Assembly (NCBI GenBank): GCA_023645945.1
Contig: JALAIB010000037.1
Span: 1-43,310 of the forward strand
Origin: Diploschistes diacapsis
Taxonomy: Eukaryota
Direction: 5' to 3'
Length of the DNA stretch: 43,310 nt
Shown here: positions 1 through 12,157 of the stretch, one piece after another
Numbering within the stretch: position 1 is the first letter of the stretch
Layout: each line of letters opens with the position of its first letter
Program-made: the position numbers and the translations under genes
Notes under the pieces: model-generated
Database searches by the model: none
What the model was told of the DNA's origin: nothing
What the model saw: the letters and a program-made list of their open reading frames with translations, nothing else

Positions 1-1141
1 GAGGTATGAGGCATGTGGGTGAGGAGGGAAGTGGGAAAAGGGGAAGGGTGGAGGTAGAAAGGAGGGTGAGAGCCGGGCGTTGTTGTACGCGCTATTGTGT
101 TCGAAGTGCTATCGGAAACTCATGGTGATGAAACCATGTACAATGGATAATGTACAGTGTGTATATATTCACCCGCAAGCTATTTTAGCACCCCCTGCCC
201 TTCCACTCATATTCGGGAAAACTTCCAATCCCCAATTGACAAACCCCTTAATTCGCAACAACAGCAGCCCAAGAATGACCTGCAGCTCTTGCTCCTGGCT
301 TTGTTTGTGCGCAAGTCGGAATCCCTCCTCGTTCCTCACTTACCTTTCCTCATTCCTCACACCTATTTCTTCATCCCTCATTCCCATCCCTCCATTCTCT
401 CATGTTGATTCCTACCTACTTTCTACCGGGCTTGGTGGCCTCGGCATTGTCGGGAGGGGTGGGCTCGGAAGAGAATGGCGGAAGTCATGTGAAGAAGAAG
501 AGTGTAGCCTTGGAGTGGAGGGGTGGAGGGGTGGAGGATTGGTGGCTGGTGGCTGGTGGGGGCAGATTGGAAATGCGTTTGGGTATAGATTACTAAGTAG
601 CGGAAAATGGGGGGCTTGAGAGGGCAGGGCGACAATGGTGTGGGATGTGGGGAGCTGGAATCAGGGAGGCATAGAGAACAGACGCAAAATGTTTCTTTTG
701 TAGGAGAATGGAGCGATAGGCACGAGGTATGTAAATAGTTCTATTGTATTGCTATGTAAGATACTTGGACAGCTCTGTAAGAGTAGGTTGCAATGCAGAC
801 TCGGAAGAAGAATGAATAGTGGACGATCCTGTAGTGATAACGATGGGCCCCAAATAATGTCTTTCGTAAGACGAATGGAATGGAAGAAGTGAAAAGGCCA
901 AGAGCGAATTGCGAGTAGTTCCCGGGTAAAGTCGTCAATAAACCTCCGTTGTTGAAAGGAATTCGTTGCAGCCCAGCGCCGTTGCGATGCTCGAGTAAAA
1001 GGTTTCCGTCACTTGCAGTCCCAACCCAAGAGCCGACTTCCTCTGGATTAGTAGCTCGTAGCGCTAAGATTCATGCACCTGCAGTGAAAAGGAACCACCG
1101 TTAACAACGTTCCGTGATCCATCCAAATAATCGAGACGCCT

Positions 1142-2144
1142 TCAGGCTCTCAGGACGTGACTGTAATGCCCCGGCACACGTTCTCTGCACTTCCCACAGT
1201 CCGCCCTAAAGCCCATGGAGAAGACCACCTTCCCGGTCTCTCCAGCTCCTCCGCTAATGGCGTCGCTCCTCATCCTGTTCCTGCTCATCGTCAAGCCGGG
1301 AGCATTCATCCAGCTCTTAGGCATGTCGTGCGGCGGTGACTCGGGACTGATCAGGTCTGGTGGTGGCTGAGGGAAGTTGTCCGACAGAGGCGCGGTGCTC
1401 ATTCGGAGATTACTGAGCATGCTCTTCGTCATCACGGTCGGAGAGTCCATGTTCTCATCTTCTGAGATGGGAGAGGGCAGGGCTCGTCGGCGAAAGAAGG
1501 CGTCGGACGAATCCTGCGTGGAGGTGCGGATTCTCGGGTGAGGAAGAGCTGCAGAGGTCGGTGGTGCGGTCTGGGGAGTAGACACGCCGGTGTCTGAGGG
1601 CGTGTCTATGGCGGCGAAGTGGCCGTAGATGGGAGTTGGGATACGAGCTTTCTGCGCATTTGCTTTCCCTGATCCTCCTCCTGGGATCTCGAGGCGAGAC
1701 AGCATCGGTGTGCTGAAGGTGCTGTATGCTGCGGAGTCTGGCGGCCGTGGTGACCATGCTGGATCCGATAGCGGCTGCGGCGAGTCGATCATGTCCAAGT
1801 CCATGTCTTCGTCCGCCTCCAGGTTCTGAAGATAGAGATTTAACGGCGGATGGCGAGAGCTGTCCCTTGGGGACACCAGCTCAATATCAGAGTCATCTTC
1901 CTCTGACTCGGCAGGAGTCAAGGTCTGTGGTCGTAGACTGAACCGCGGTCTTGAGGAAAACGACAGAGAAGAATGCTGAGTGGTCGGTGAGGTCCGCAAT
2001 GGTAAACTTCGTAGTTTCTAAAGAGATCAACATTAGTCCAATCCTTGAACCTAGCGAGAGGCTGCACCAGCTACAAACTTTGACGTCTCCATACTGTTGG
2101 ACAGACTCTCCCTCGTCCTCTCGTGCTCTTTTGATACCTATCAT
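1142..2144 (-). CDS. Conserved fungal hypothetical protein, S/P-rich and probably disordered, with C-terminal CxxC...H..H motif; 2 exons (2144-2079, 2017-1142)
   Basis: ATG at 2144 gives MIGIKRAREDEGESVQQYGDVK. A 61-nt intron (2078-2018; GTTTGT...CTAAT...TAG) joins it in frame to KLRSLPLRTSP and the 285-aa ORF ending FSMGFRADCGKCRERVPGHYSHVLRA. Confidence 0.8.
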
Positions 2145-2401
2145 TGTGATAGTGGGTGCGTTGGCAATAGAAACCGCTGGTGGCTCGGCTGGCAGCAGGT
2201 TACTTGCACTCGTTAGCGTTGGGGTTGGGTTGGACGAGCAAGATGGGAGTCGCTCTTCTGCAACGGGAAGCACGGTGTTTTAAGAAAGAGCGTGGATTCT
2301 ATTGCATGGACCCGTCTTGGATAACACTCCGTTGTGTTCATGCAGACAGACGAGGATGAGACGAGAGCGCCGTTTCAGGCAATTAAGCGAGTCCTCTAGT
2401 C

Positions 2402-2428
2402 ATAGATAGATCGATAGATAGATAGATA
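2402..2428. repeat. Imperfect (ATAG)n microsatellite in the divergent promoter
   Basis: atagatagatcgatagatagatagata read directly. Confidence 0.85.
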
Positions 2429-2473
2429 CCTTTCTGGCCAGTCGCTCGGCGTTTGCGGATTTAGTGTTTAGTC

Positions 2474-2503
2474 TCTGCTTCAGTCTGCTTCAGTCTGCTT
2501 CAG
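2474..2503. repeat. 10-bp tandem repeat (TCTGCTTCAG)x3
   Basis: tctgcttcag repeated three times exactly. Confidence 0.9.
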
Positions 2504-2579
2504 CTAGTTTTAATTTTTATACAAAGTAACGGTGTGTGTGTTTCTAAGCTCAAGCCCCAATGAAAGAAAAAGTTGAGTG

Positions 2580-2588
2580 AGAGTCATT
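2580..2588 (-). promoter_or_regulatory. Putative Gcn4/CpcA element upstream of the DAHP synthase gene
   Basis: + strand AGAGTCATT reads ATGACTCT on the - strand (TGACTC core), about 170 nt upstream of the ATG of an amino acid biosynthesis gene. Confidence 0.5.
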
Positions 2589-2752
2589 CCTCCTCGGTGT
2601 CTTCTGCGTTACTCCTCCTTTTCTCGTATTTTACTCTCTCCAGCTCTTGAAAAGACCCCGAAGCCCCCTTTTGCTACTGTCTCAGGAGCCTCCATACAGT
2701 CAAGATCAGACTACTACTACCCTAGAGCCTCCGAGGTTGCATAGCGTGCAGA

Positions 2753-4037
<1,285 letters not shown>

Positions 4038-5450
4038 ACGGCTGAAGCTCTCCTGAACCACGAAATAAAGTCGGAAAGCACGTGGCGTCCAAAAAGCATT
4101 CCACAATTGTTTCACGATGCATGCCTTGACGAGTAGAACCACGAAATCCACGTTTGAAAATGCGGCAAACGGCAGCAAGCGTTGGGCAAAGGTGGAAGAG
4201 CAATTCAAGGCTTTCTTGAACATGCTCGTACCTGCTGCAAAAGTAGCATACTGTGAATAGCGATGCTAAGCTTCCGTTACCTTCAAGGTGCACACGACTG
4301 TTTCAATACCCTCGTTACGACGTGAATCAGTCAGTACTCACTATACCACCCCTGATTTCTCCAAGCCCGCAATTCTTCTGTGCACCTTCAATTTCCCACT
4401 TCCTTATGGTAGCCAGTGCGGGCTTTCGACGGGCGTTCATCTGTCCTTCATGTAATAGTATACTAGTATTTCTGCTCGCTATGGTAATGCAAGTGTCGAG
4501 GTTACCGCGTAGTAAACTTAGTTTGTCTCGTGGCTGGGTTTCTGAATAAATCTTATACAATACCCTCGGGGCTGCTGTGTCGTCGGGCCATCCGCTATCT
4601 TAGTGGGTAGTAATCGAATTTCTTGCCGAGTCTTGCTTCACTTTTCATTCCTTCCGCGCAGTACCAAGCCATCATCCATCCTGCCTCGTTGGGCATAGTG
4701 GAAGAGATTCGAGCCTTACCGTTGAACATCCGCCTCTGGGTACAGCGCATAAAAAAATAAGGATGGCTGTCATAGCACGATATCATTCCGAGGATCTGCA
4801 GAACAGGCATTCACGGCAGCAAGTGCGTCCCTGACGAACGATAGGTAAATGAAGCCAAAGGATGCGAAGATCGATACACCATCGAAGAGTCAAGCAAAGG
4901 GAATGCTGAGAGTTCGAAGCAGCGGCACATAAGGTGGATCTCTGGACGAACCGCACTAGCTGGAGCTCGATGGTGGTTCTCCGAATATGAAGAGCATCCT
5001 CATAAGCAACTTCTCTCATGAATGACTTACACGAAACGCTTTTGCTTGCCCTGGAATGGAGGGCAAATTTCTTACTCATTGCCCTTCACCAACAGTGGTG
5101 CATCCTTCGGTTTACGTGTCAGATCTGGATGCAGCTCTCGATGGCATAAGATGAGCCATCAAGAACATACATACCCGACTAGATCTCGACCTTGGAAGGC
5201 TCATCCTCTTATTTTTTATGCCAGGAAAGGTCTGTATTTCGCTGATTGCTGCCTGGTAGCTGGCCATGATTCGCAGCTACGACTGGCTCTGGGTACTTTG
5301 ACATTAAACTATCCTCTTAATGAAGCATTATTTTGTTAGAAAATGTTACAAAATCTAGATGCTGTTTGTTTATCTTTGGGTCAACATCTTTACATTCCTG
5401 TGGTCTCTTCCTGTCTTGTAGTTATTCAAAAAATCATAATACCCTCTTCC

Positions 5451-6577
5451 ATGTTGCAAAAGTGGTGGTTTCTCGCAGGCCTGTGGAGTCTTTGCTGCCT
5501 TCGTAATGCTTGCGCTTTCCAGCTTGTTGATCCCAACACCCTCGATCGCTACAATGAAGCCAAAGCAGAGCTTTACGAGGGTCCTGTCGCCCCGAACCTC
5601 ACGGTCTCCAAGCCGTCAACACCGGTAGACTATCAGCAGGTGTGTCATCCAGACGGACACTGCAGCCTAACTCCTTCTTTCTGACTTTGCACTCGCCCGG
5701 TAGGTCGTAGCCAAGGGTCGATGCATGCTGGCCAACATGAGATATGGAAGTGAGCCGCCTAGCCAGTGGACTTCGCTCGACCAGATCTTACAGAGCGGAT
5801 GGCAAGCCTCAACTTATAACGCCAACTTTCCGCCCTTGTACGGCATGCTTAACAGTGCTCGATGGTACGAGAGCGACTTCGCCAGGTATCGATACGATGT
5901 CAGTGCCGCTTCTTACGCTTCTTGGCCAATCCTCTCCCAGATTAGCCAAAAAAAAAAACCCCTAGTAAGAACGCAAATCAAATCTGACACAAGACATTAC
6001 CACCATCTAGTACCCCCAGCCCTGGATAAACTACCAAGCCACCTGGAACATCTACGTCTGGGGCCCCCCTCCCCATTTCATCCTTTTAATCCCACCGCTG
6101 AAGTTCCACTAGGTCAACACCGTCGCCGGCGTCGTCATCGTCGTCACCGCCTACGCCCCCAAACAACCCTACGTCAACCCCAGCCAGCCCAACAATCCCG
6201 CACCCTGCACCTTCCTGTCCGACTTCGTCTTCCTCGCCATCCAACAGCAATGCGGCACCCAGGGCCTCCCCTGCATCCAGCGCCTCCAGTACATAATCCA
6301 CATGCTCGTCTCCAACAGCGTTTCCGTCGCGGTCGCACAGCGCGTCTTCACCGGCGGAACGGGCACGCCCGCTTCCTTCCCGCAGTGGCCCGGCCGCAGC
6401 TACGAGACGGATACGGAGGGCGGCGCGGCGCTCGTGGGCGTGCCGAACGGGTACGGGGTCGCGTATATGCTGGCGCAGCACAGGGCGCAGCTTGGGCCGC
6501 GGACGGTGGACCAGGTGAGGGTGTTTGGGAACGATTATGGGCAGCTGTGCATTGCGTGGCATGTTAATGTGCTGTGA
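5451..6577 (+). CDS. Secreted fungal protein of unknown function; 4 exons (5451-5639, 5704-5898, 6011-6055, 6113-6577), about 297 aa
   Basis: Signal-peptide-like MLQKWWFLAGLWSLCCLRNACA. Three phase-0 GT-AG introns give one continuous frame. The C-terminal block WPGRSYETDTEGGAALVGVPNGYGVAYMLAQHRAQLG...VRVF resembles an uncharacterised Pezizomycotina family (from memory). Strong GC3 bias in exon 4. Confidence 0.8.
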
Positions 6578-7252
6578 ATCTTGTAATAAAGGGATAGATG
6601 GAGAGCGCTTTGGGTCTGCTGTAACTGTTCGGAGAAAAGTTAAGATGGAATGGATGGAGCTCTGCTTCAGCCTCTCTGTACACGAGAACACTAACACTAT
6701 CGTTCACATCACTCACATCAAGGCTTTTTTTGCTTGCTGTTTTCTCTAGTCGTGCAGGCTTATCGTTCAGCGCGCGCGCGACGCTTCCATTACGGCAATC
6801 AAAGATTGAGAACATGGTCCTCTCGGGAGATGATGGGTAAGAAGGAACAACATCTGGTTTCGGCGGAAAGGAAGCCCAGGTCAGACATGCAGAAACGCTT
6901 CTCTTCGAGCCGACTTCAGCTTTCAATTAACCAGAAGATGGTGGGCAAATTCACACGCGAAAGACTATGTCCGTCTGCTTCTTCTTCGAGGTAAGAAGTG
7001 AGCTCCCCTTCATGGGGCTGCCATTTTTGAGGCTAGTAGTGCGATGGAATGGCGAAGTGCTTCATGGAATATAAGATGCAAGTCGCCAGCGCTCTTTCTT
7101 TCAACAATGTAGTACGTACAGAGAAAGATCGGCTTATGGGTTAACTAACGTTAAAGATAAAGAATGTTCGAAGTGTCGTTTAACATATACATCTCATTTT
7201 CTCCACTTGTCGAATTCTTCTAATTTCTACAGTCATTCTTCACAACGTCGCC

Positions 7253-8617
7253 ATGGACAGCTTAACAAATCCTCATCCTGAATTTGCTGCTCTTTTGGAG
7301 GATTTCTTAAAGAGAGAAAGTGCGCTTCCTCAAGATCGTGAAGCTCTCCAAGCTTTTCTCACTGCTAGGCCAGTCCACTGCTTAAGCAAAGGGTACATTA
7401 CCGAAGTAGAGATTCGCCTTGAGCTCTTGAAAGATAACCAAAAGAGCTGCTATGAGAACAATGGGGACCAATTCTCCACGCCAGCATTATGGGCAGCACT
7501 ATTAATAGCTTCTGTTGAGAAAGTGAGGCAGCTGCGTGACATATTGGTCAGAAGCCCGCTTGACCCTTGTATCTTCTCGTACATGAGATGCAGGTCAAAG
7601 AGCTTGCCAAGCCTCTTCAAGTTCTGCGAGTCAAGTCAAATTCGATAAATCTGATCAATCGCTAATACATTGCTCTAAGTTCTTATAAGACCCCATCTCT
7701 CGTTTCGACGAGGTGATCCACAACATCGGTAGCAAGAGTCCGATAGCAAACTTGAAACCGGAACCATCAGCTAGAGAGAAAGCCAGGTGCAACGCCCGGG
7801 GAATCAAGAAAGTGCGTATTCTTTCTTCATCTATCCTTTCGTTAAGCTTTCCAGAAGGTAACCGAGACCGACTGCAGACTCAATGTAGAGACAACAATGA
7901 GTGCGTTGTTAGGCTTCTGCCATATCGTACCTTTCATTGCAGAACATTCCGCAGCAGATACGAAGGCATTGCTGGATACTTTATACCTGTTATACGACGA
8001 TACTGCTGTGCAGCGCTGGAAGGGTCTGCTCGCACATCCCGATACCACAATCGTAAACTCAGCCCGCAACATGATCGCACTCAACCCGATACTCCGCGAG
8101 TGGTGACCATGGCAATCATCGGCCTCGAGCCCTTTGAGAAACTACCCGACGGCGTCAGGCTGCGGCTCCACTGGCTTTTAAAGAGTAGCAAGATCCCCGG
8201 AGGAATGTGGCATGGATCCTGCTACGGACCCTCAAGAGACTCCCTAACCGTTTGATGGGAGTCGAAAACCAAGCATCCCGCATTTCAAGACCCACCGGCC
8301 CATCTTGAGTGGTGAGGTGATTACCATTAGCCCCGAGGATCCAGAAGTGAGGCCAGATTTGGGATCTATAGACACTGCAGTGGGCTTTGGTTGGGATTTG
8401 GTCAGGATGTGCTCCATTGCAGGGGCTGGGTGGAAATCGGCGGGTTTGGAGGGGGAACGAGTCGGATACGAAAGAAACTTGGGTGGATAAAGACGAGGAT
8501 GAACTGGATGAGGGAGAAGTTAAGCGCCAGATGGGGCAAGACATCAAGCTAGGTAATGACGAGGATAAGGTAGCGACGGAGGAAGGTAAGGACAATGGGA
8601 ATGACAATGACAAATAG
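7253..8617 (+). pseudogene. Frameshifted fungal HNH-endonuclease-domain (HNH_2-like) gene
   Basis: Motifs in order but across frames: CRDNNECVV, CHIVPF, NMIALNPILREW, IIGLEPFEKLPDGVRLRLHWL, then an acidic tail. Probable intron at 7812-7877. At least two frameshifts (~7910, ~8104). Confidence 0.6.
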
Positions 8618-9799
8618 GAAATTTCGAGCTCATCTGGGTCGCTGCGCCTCTTGCTCTCCGCCAGGAGTGTAATGTAGAGCAAAGCTGGGATCTCTATTAT
8701 ATCTCTACTAACAATTGCCCAACTACTGCGCAAGGCTAGGTCTATTATCCAGCAAGATTGCCACAGGTATAGATCTAGAGCTTCAAAGAGTGAAAAACCT
8801 ACAAATTTCATGGGTTTCGAAATGGAATATCGTGTTACCTGGCATCCATCCGTATAGGAAGTTTACAAGGTAAGTAAATTCAGCGATCCGTTAACGGAAA
8901 ATCGATCAAAAACGAAAATCAGCCGTAAGTAAAAATGGCTTAAACCAAAACTACTGATCAGCAACCAAAATAGAGCCCATCGGTAGACGAAGTGTATCCG
9001 TAAAGGAAAACCCGTCCATCAACTGAAATGCATTCGGTAAGAAATCGATTGATATACATAAACGAAAACTTCATCCAGTCAATGGAACGAAGTTCCCACT
9101 TCTTGTTTTTTCTACAGGTCTTTGTTTTCTCCGTCTTCTACTGCAGAACATATTCCATATCTTTGCTCCCTTCCCTTCCTCCTTTCCTCCACCCCCATCC
9201 TCCCACTCCCGCCTCCGTTCTATCATACGAGGCCTTTTATACCGCCCATCCTTTACTTCTATATCATGTCCGATCCACTCTCAAAAGACTCCCTGGTCTA
9301 TACTTCAAGTTGCCTCTCTACCGCTTGAACCTTCTCTCCTTTCTAATCCGCCATACCAAACACCACAGGTCCCTCCCGCCGTCCTATTCACCCCCTACGT
9401 ATGGAGCAGCACCCTCCTGGCTGCTTAGGGAAACTAGTCTGTGGATCTATACCCCAACTGGAATTTACCTATCCACCTGATACCTTTTGAACCGTGCAAA
9501 CGGGAGAAAATCCCAATTCCGCCTGTCGAAACCCCAGCTCGTAATCTACAGTACACCATCTCCCGTTTGGAAAAGCATAGGCATCGGAAGACCTATCCGC
9601 TGCAGAGTAGCCAGCAAGGTACAGCCCAACGCGGCTCGACGTAAACGCACATAGAGAAGACTTTGCCGGGCCTACATGCCGAAGCTCGGATTCGGGCAAG
9701 GAGGGTGGAGACGGAGGCGGAGGTGCTGGAGGCGCTGCTGGAGATCGAGGTGGCATGGCTGAAAGTTATGTAGCAGATGTAGAGCGGGCGAGGCAGTCA

Positions 9800-11223
9800 G
9801 CCGAGGAGCCCTAGCATTTCCATGCTGCGATTTCGTCCGATAAGCAGTTCAGCCGGCCGTTACTGAACTGTGGAGCCACAGCTCTGCTGGCTTGCCTGTT
9901 CCTGAACCTCGTTGGCATTCTATTCGAGCTTGACGTGCCGTTACTTTAAGCCGTGTAGGTTCTGGGAATGTTCTCACTGGGTCCGTTCGGAACGGCACAC
10001 CCGTCGGAAGTGCCTTCTCCAAGTACAGAACCAACGCATCAGTGTCAAGAGTGGCGTGCGTGAGGACTGCAGCGGTAGATACAAAAGTCTATACGGGCCG
10101 AAGTTATAGTCGATAACAAAAGTTATACTCTGGCAACCCGCATGAGCCACAATCAGACATTGTGACATTGTTCTGCGAGGCCTCAAAGCCGAGCACAAAA
10201 CTTACGCTATCCATGAACGCTGTGATCTTCCCTGCTGCAGCACTAGAAGTTTGAGCCTGTCAAAAGGCTTGCGGAGTTTCAACCGCCCAAGCGACTGCAC
10301 CGGTTGCTGTGTAAGAGGTGTCGTTACCCACCATATCCGAATCCAATACATTCCCGGGTTACGCTCGTGGAGATACCGACGAGCTTAATATGCTCGACCT
10401 TCTCGTGAACGACCCGCCTCTATTCAGGCCGTGGGGTGCAGTCGTAGGATATATGCGTCACAGACGCTGCTAAATGACAAGCTGGTGCCTCCAGGGTCTG
10501 TGTTCTAAATCAAGCGGGCCACGTTGCCTGATATTGTTCTCGTGATAGATATTCAAGGTCCCGGGACTGAGTCCGCTCTCACAGCTCTCGTAATCAGTGG
10601 CCCAGCCCCGGATATACGATACCCGGCCTAGAACTGAGGGAAATACTCCGGCTACTTGAAGCTGGCGTTCTGATGCCATTCATTCTACAGTCGAGGACCA
10701 CGTTGTATCCCGGAAGAGAGATTCGTACAGCTAATTCCTCTGTGGTGGAGTCGAGTTTCGCACATATTGGCCGCTCCGCCAACGTTCTCTTTTTTGTGTG
10801 CTCCAACACGTGCCTTGATGCCCTTCTTGTTGGGGGAAGGGGACTATGATAGCAGGACTAGAGAAAGCGTCCCCAACACTCCATAGAAATAGAGTAAACG
10901 TGTTGTACCATTCGTGGACGGTTTCAGCAGGCTCCTTCTCGACCCTGGTCAGAATCACAGGCCTTCCATTGGTGCTTTGTCCTGTCGCGATGATCTTCCC
11001 AAGCCCCTAAATCCACTGCAGCCATGCTTCGTAGAACCTTTCCTCTGCGGTTCCTAGGCTCCCCGCCGAATCCAACCGAAAGGCGCCGAGAGTTGGACCG
11101 CACGCTTTGCTCTCGGCAGCTCTGGCGGCACCGCAGAGCGTCCACACATCCTTGCCGGTCGTCTGCAAGTCCGATCGCCCTCTAGTAGCGTAATATTAGA
11201 ACTTCGGAAAGCGGTTCGGCCAT
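9800..11223 (-). pseudogene. Heavily degraded gene resembling fungal HeLo-like/protein-kinase-like proteins
   Basis: Fragments in order on the - strand: MAEPLS (ATG 11223), TKHQWK..LTRVEKEPAETVHEWYNTF, LDLEHR..ACHLAASVTHI, FVLGFEASQNNVTMSD..YNFCYR. These match the family pattern (L..R+.+A..LA.sV.++H; +LvGFe..r...YRHP) from memory. Many stops and frameshifts; the 3' end is approximate. Confidence 0.4.
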
Positions 11224-12157
11224 GCTGAGGTACAGGAAGGCGCTGCTGGTGGATAATTCGGCGAAGGAATCACAAAAACTCTCCTCTCTCTCTAGTTGTT
11301 TGACGGCCAGTCCCCCAGTCCTTAAAGACGAGAGATGCTAGAACAAGAGTGTGCCGGAAAGAAAGCCACGGCACACTCCTACCTCTCGTCCACTTCAGCA
11401 CGCATGATACACACACACCGAGCCTCACAACCTCGGGAAAATCTCCTCCGCCTTCCTCACAACCAGGACACGTCACGCAGCGCGAAAGACGACAAGAAAA
11501 GAGCTGGGAAAGAGCAGTCATTGAACTGCGACATAGGGATGCACCTGGAGGAACACCATCTCCGATAGCCTGAATGAGGGTATGTATCTTCTGCATACTG
11601 TGCGAGAGATGAATAGCATCACCGAAAAGGGTTTCTGGACCAAATAGCTTGAATACTCTTTAACGCAGCTACAGCTCTGAAAATTAAAATATTGCAGCCT
11701 GTGAGATCTATAGCTTCGATAAGACCCAACATGGGTGGTATATGCCATTCAGTCTTGTCGCCGTAGGGACCATCTTTACGTTACACCAGCCAACCACAAA
11801 ATATTGCTTAGCCGGAGACCACATAGCACTCACCCTGCTAAACACAGATGCTGTCGGAAGTTCAATTGATCCACTGTAATTCTAACGCAACAACGAGAAA
11901 AGATTCAAAAGATTCACGAACGAAAGGGTATCTTTGCGAAGAAAGACCTTCTATCCGAAAAGCACCCTTGCCCCATCCGCCTCCCTCCAGCCATCCATTA
12001 CGCCTCTGCATTACCCAACATCGTAATCATCATGTGTATCGTAAATCATCATATCCTCCAAACGGGCCATTGTTCTTCCCAGAGCTACATCATCTGCCGA
12101 CATCATCCTTGGCTTAATGGGAATCAAAAAGGTAACCAAACAACGGAAATAGAGAAG

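Noticed and set aside
80..635. Overlapping ORFs at the window start
   Set aside because: Low-complexity purine/pyrimidine tracts with no recognisable protein features.
4253..5339. Short ORFs between the DAHP synthase and secreted-protein genes
   Set aside because: No motif, splice structure or codon bias supporting a gene; possibly a remnant but unassignable.
5725..6567. 280-aa ORF read as one exon, and the antisense 203-aa ORF 6086-6697
   Set aside because: The first reads through introns into the wrong frame; the second is a GC3 shadow of the real exon 4.
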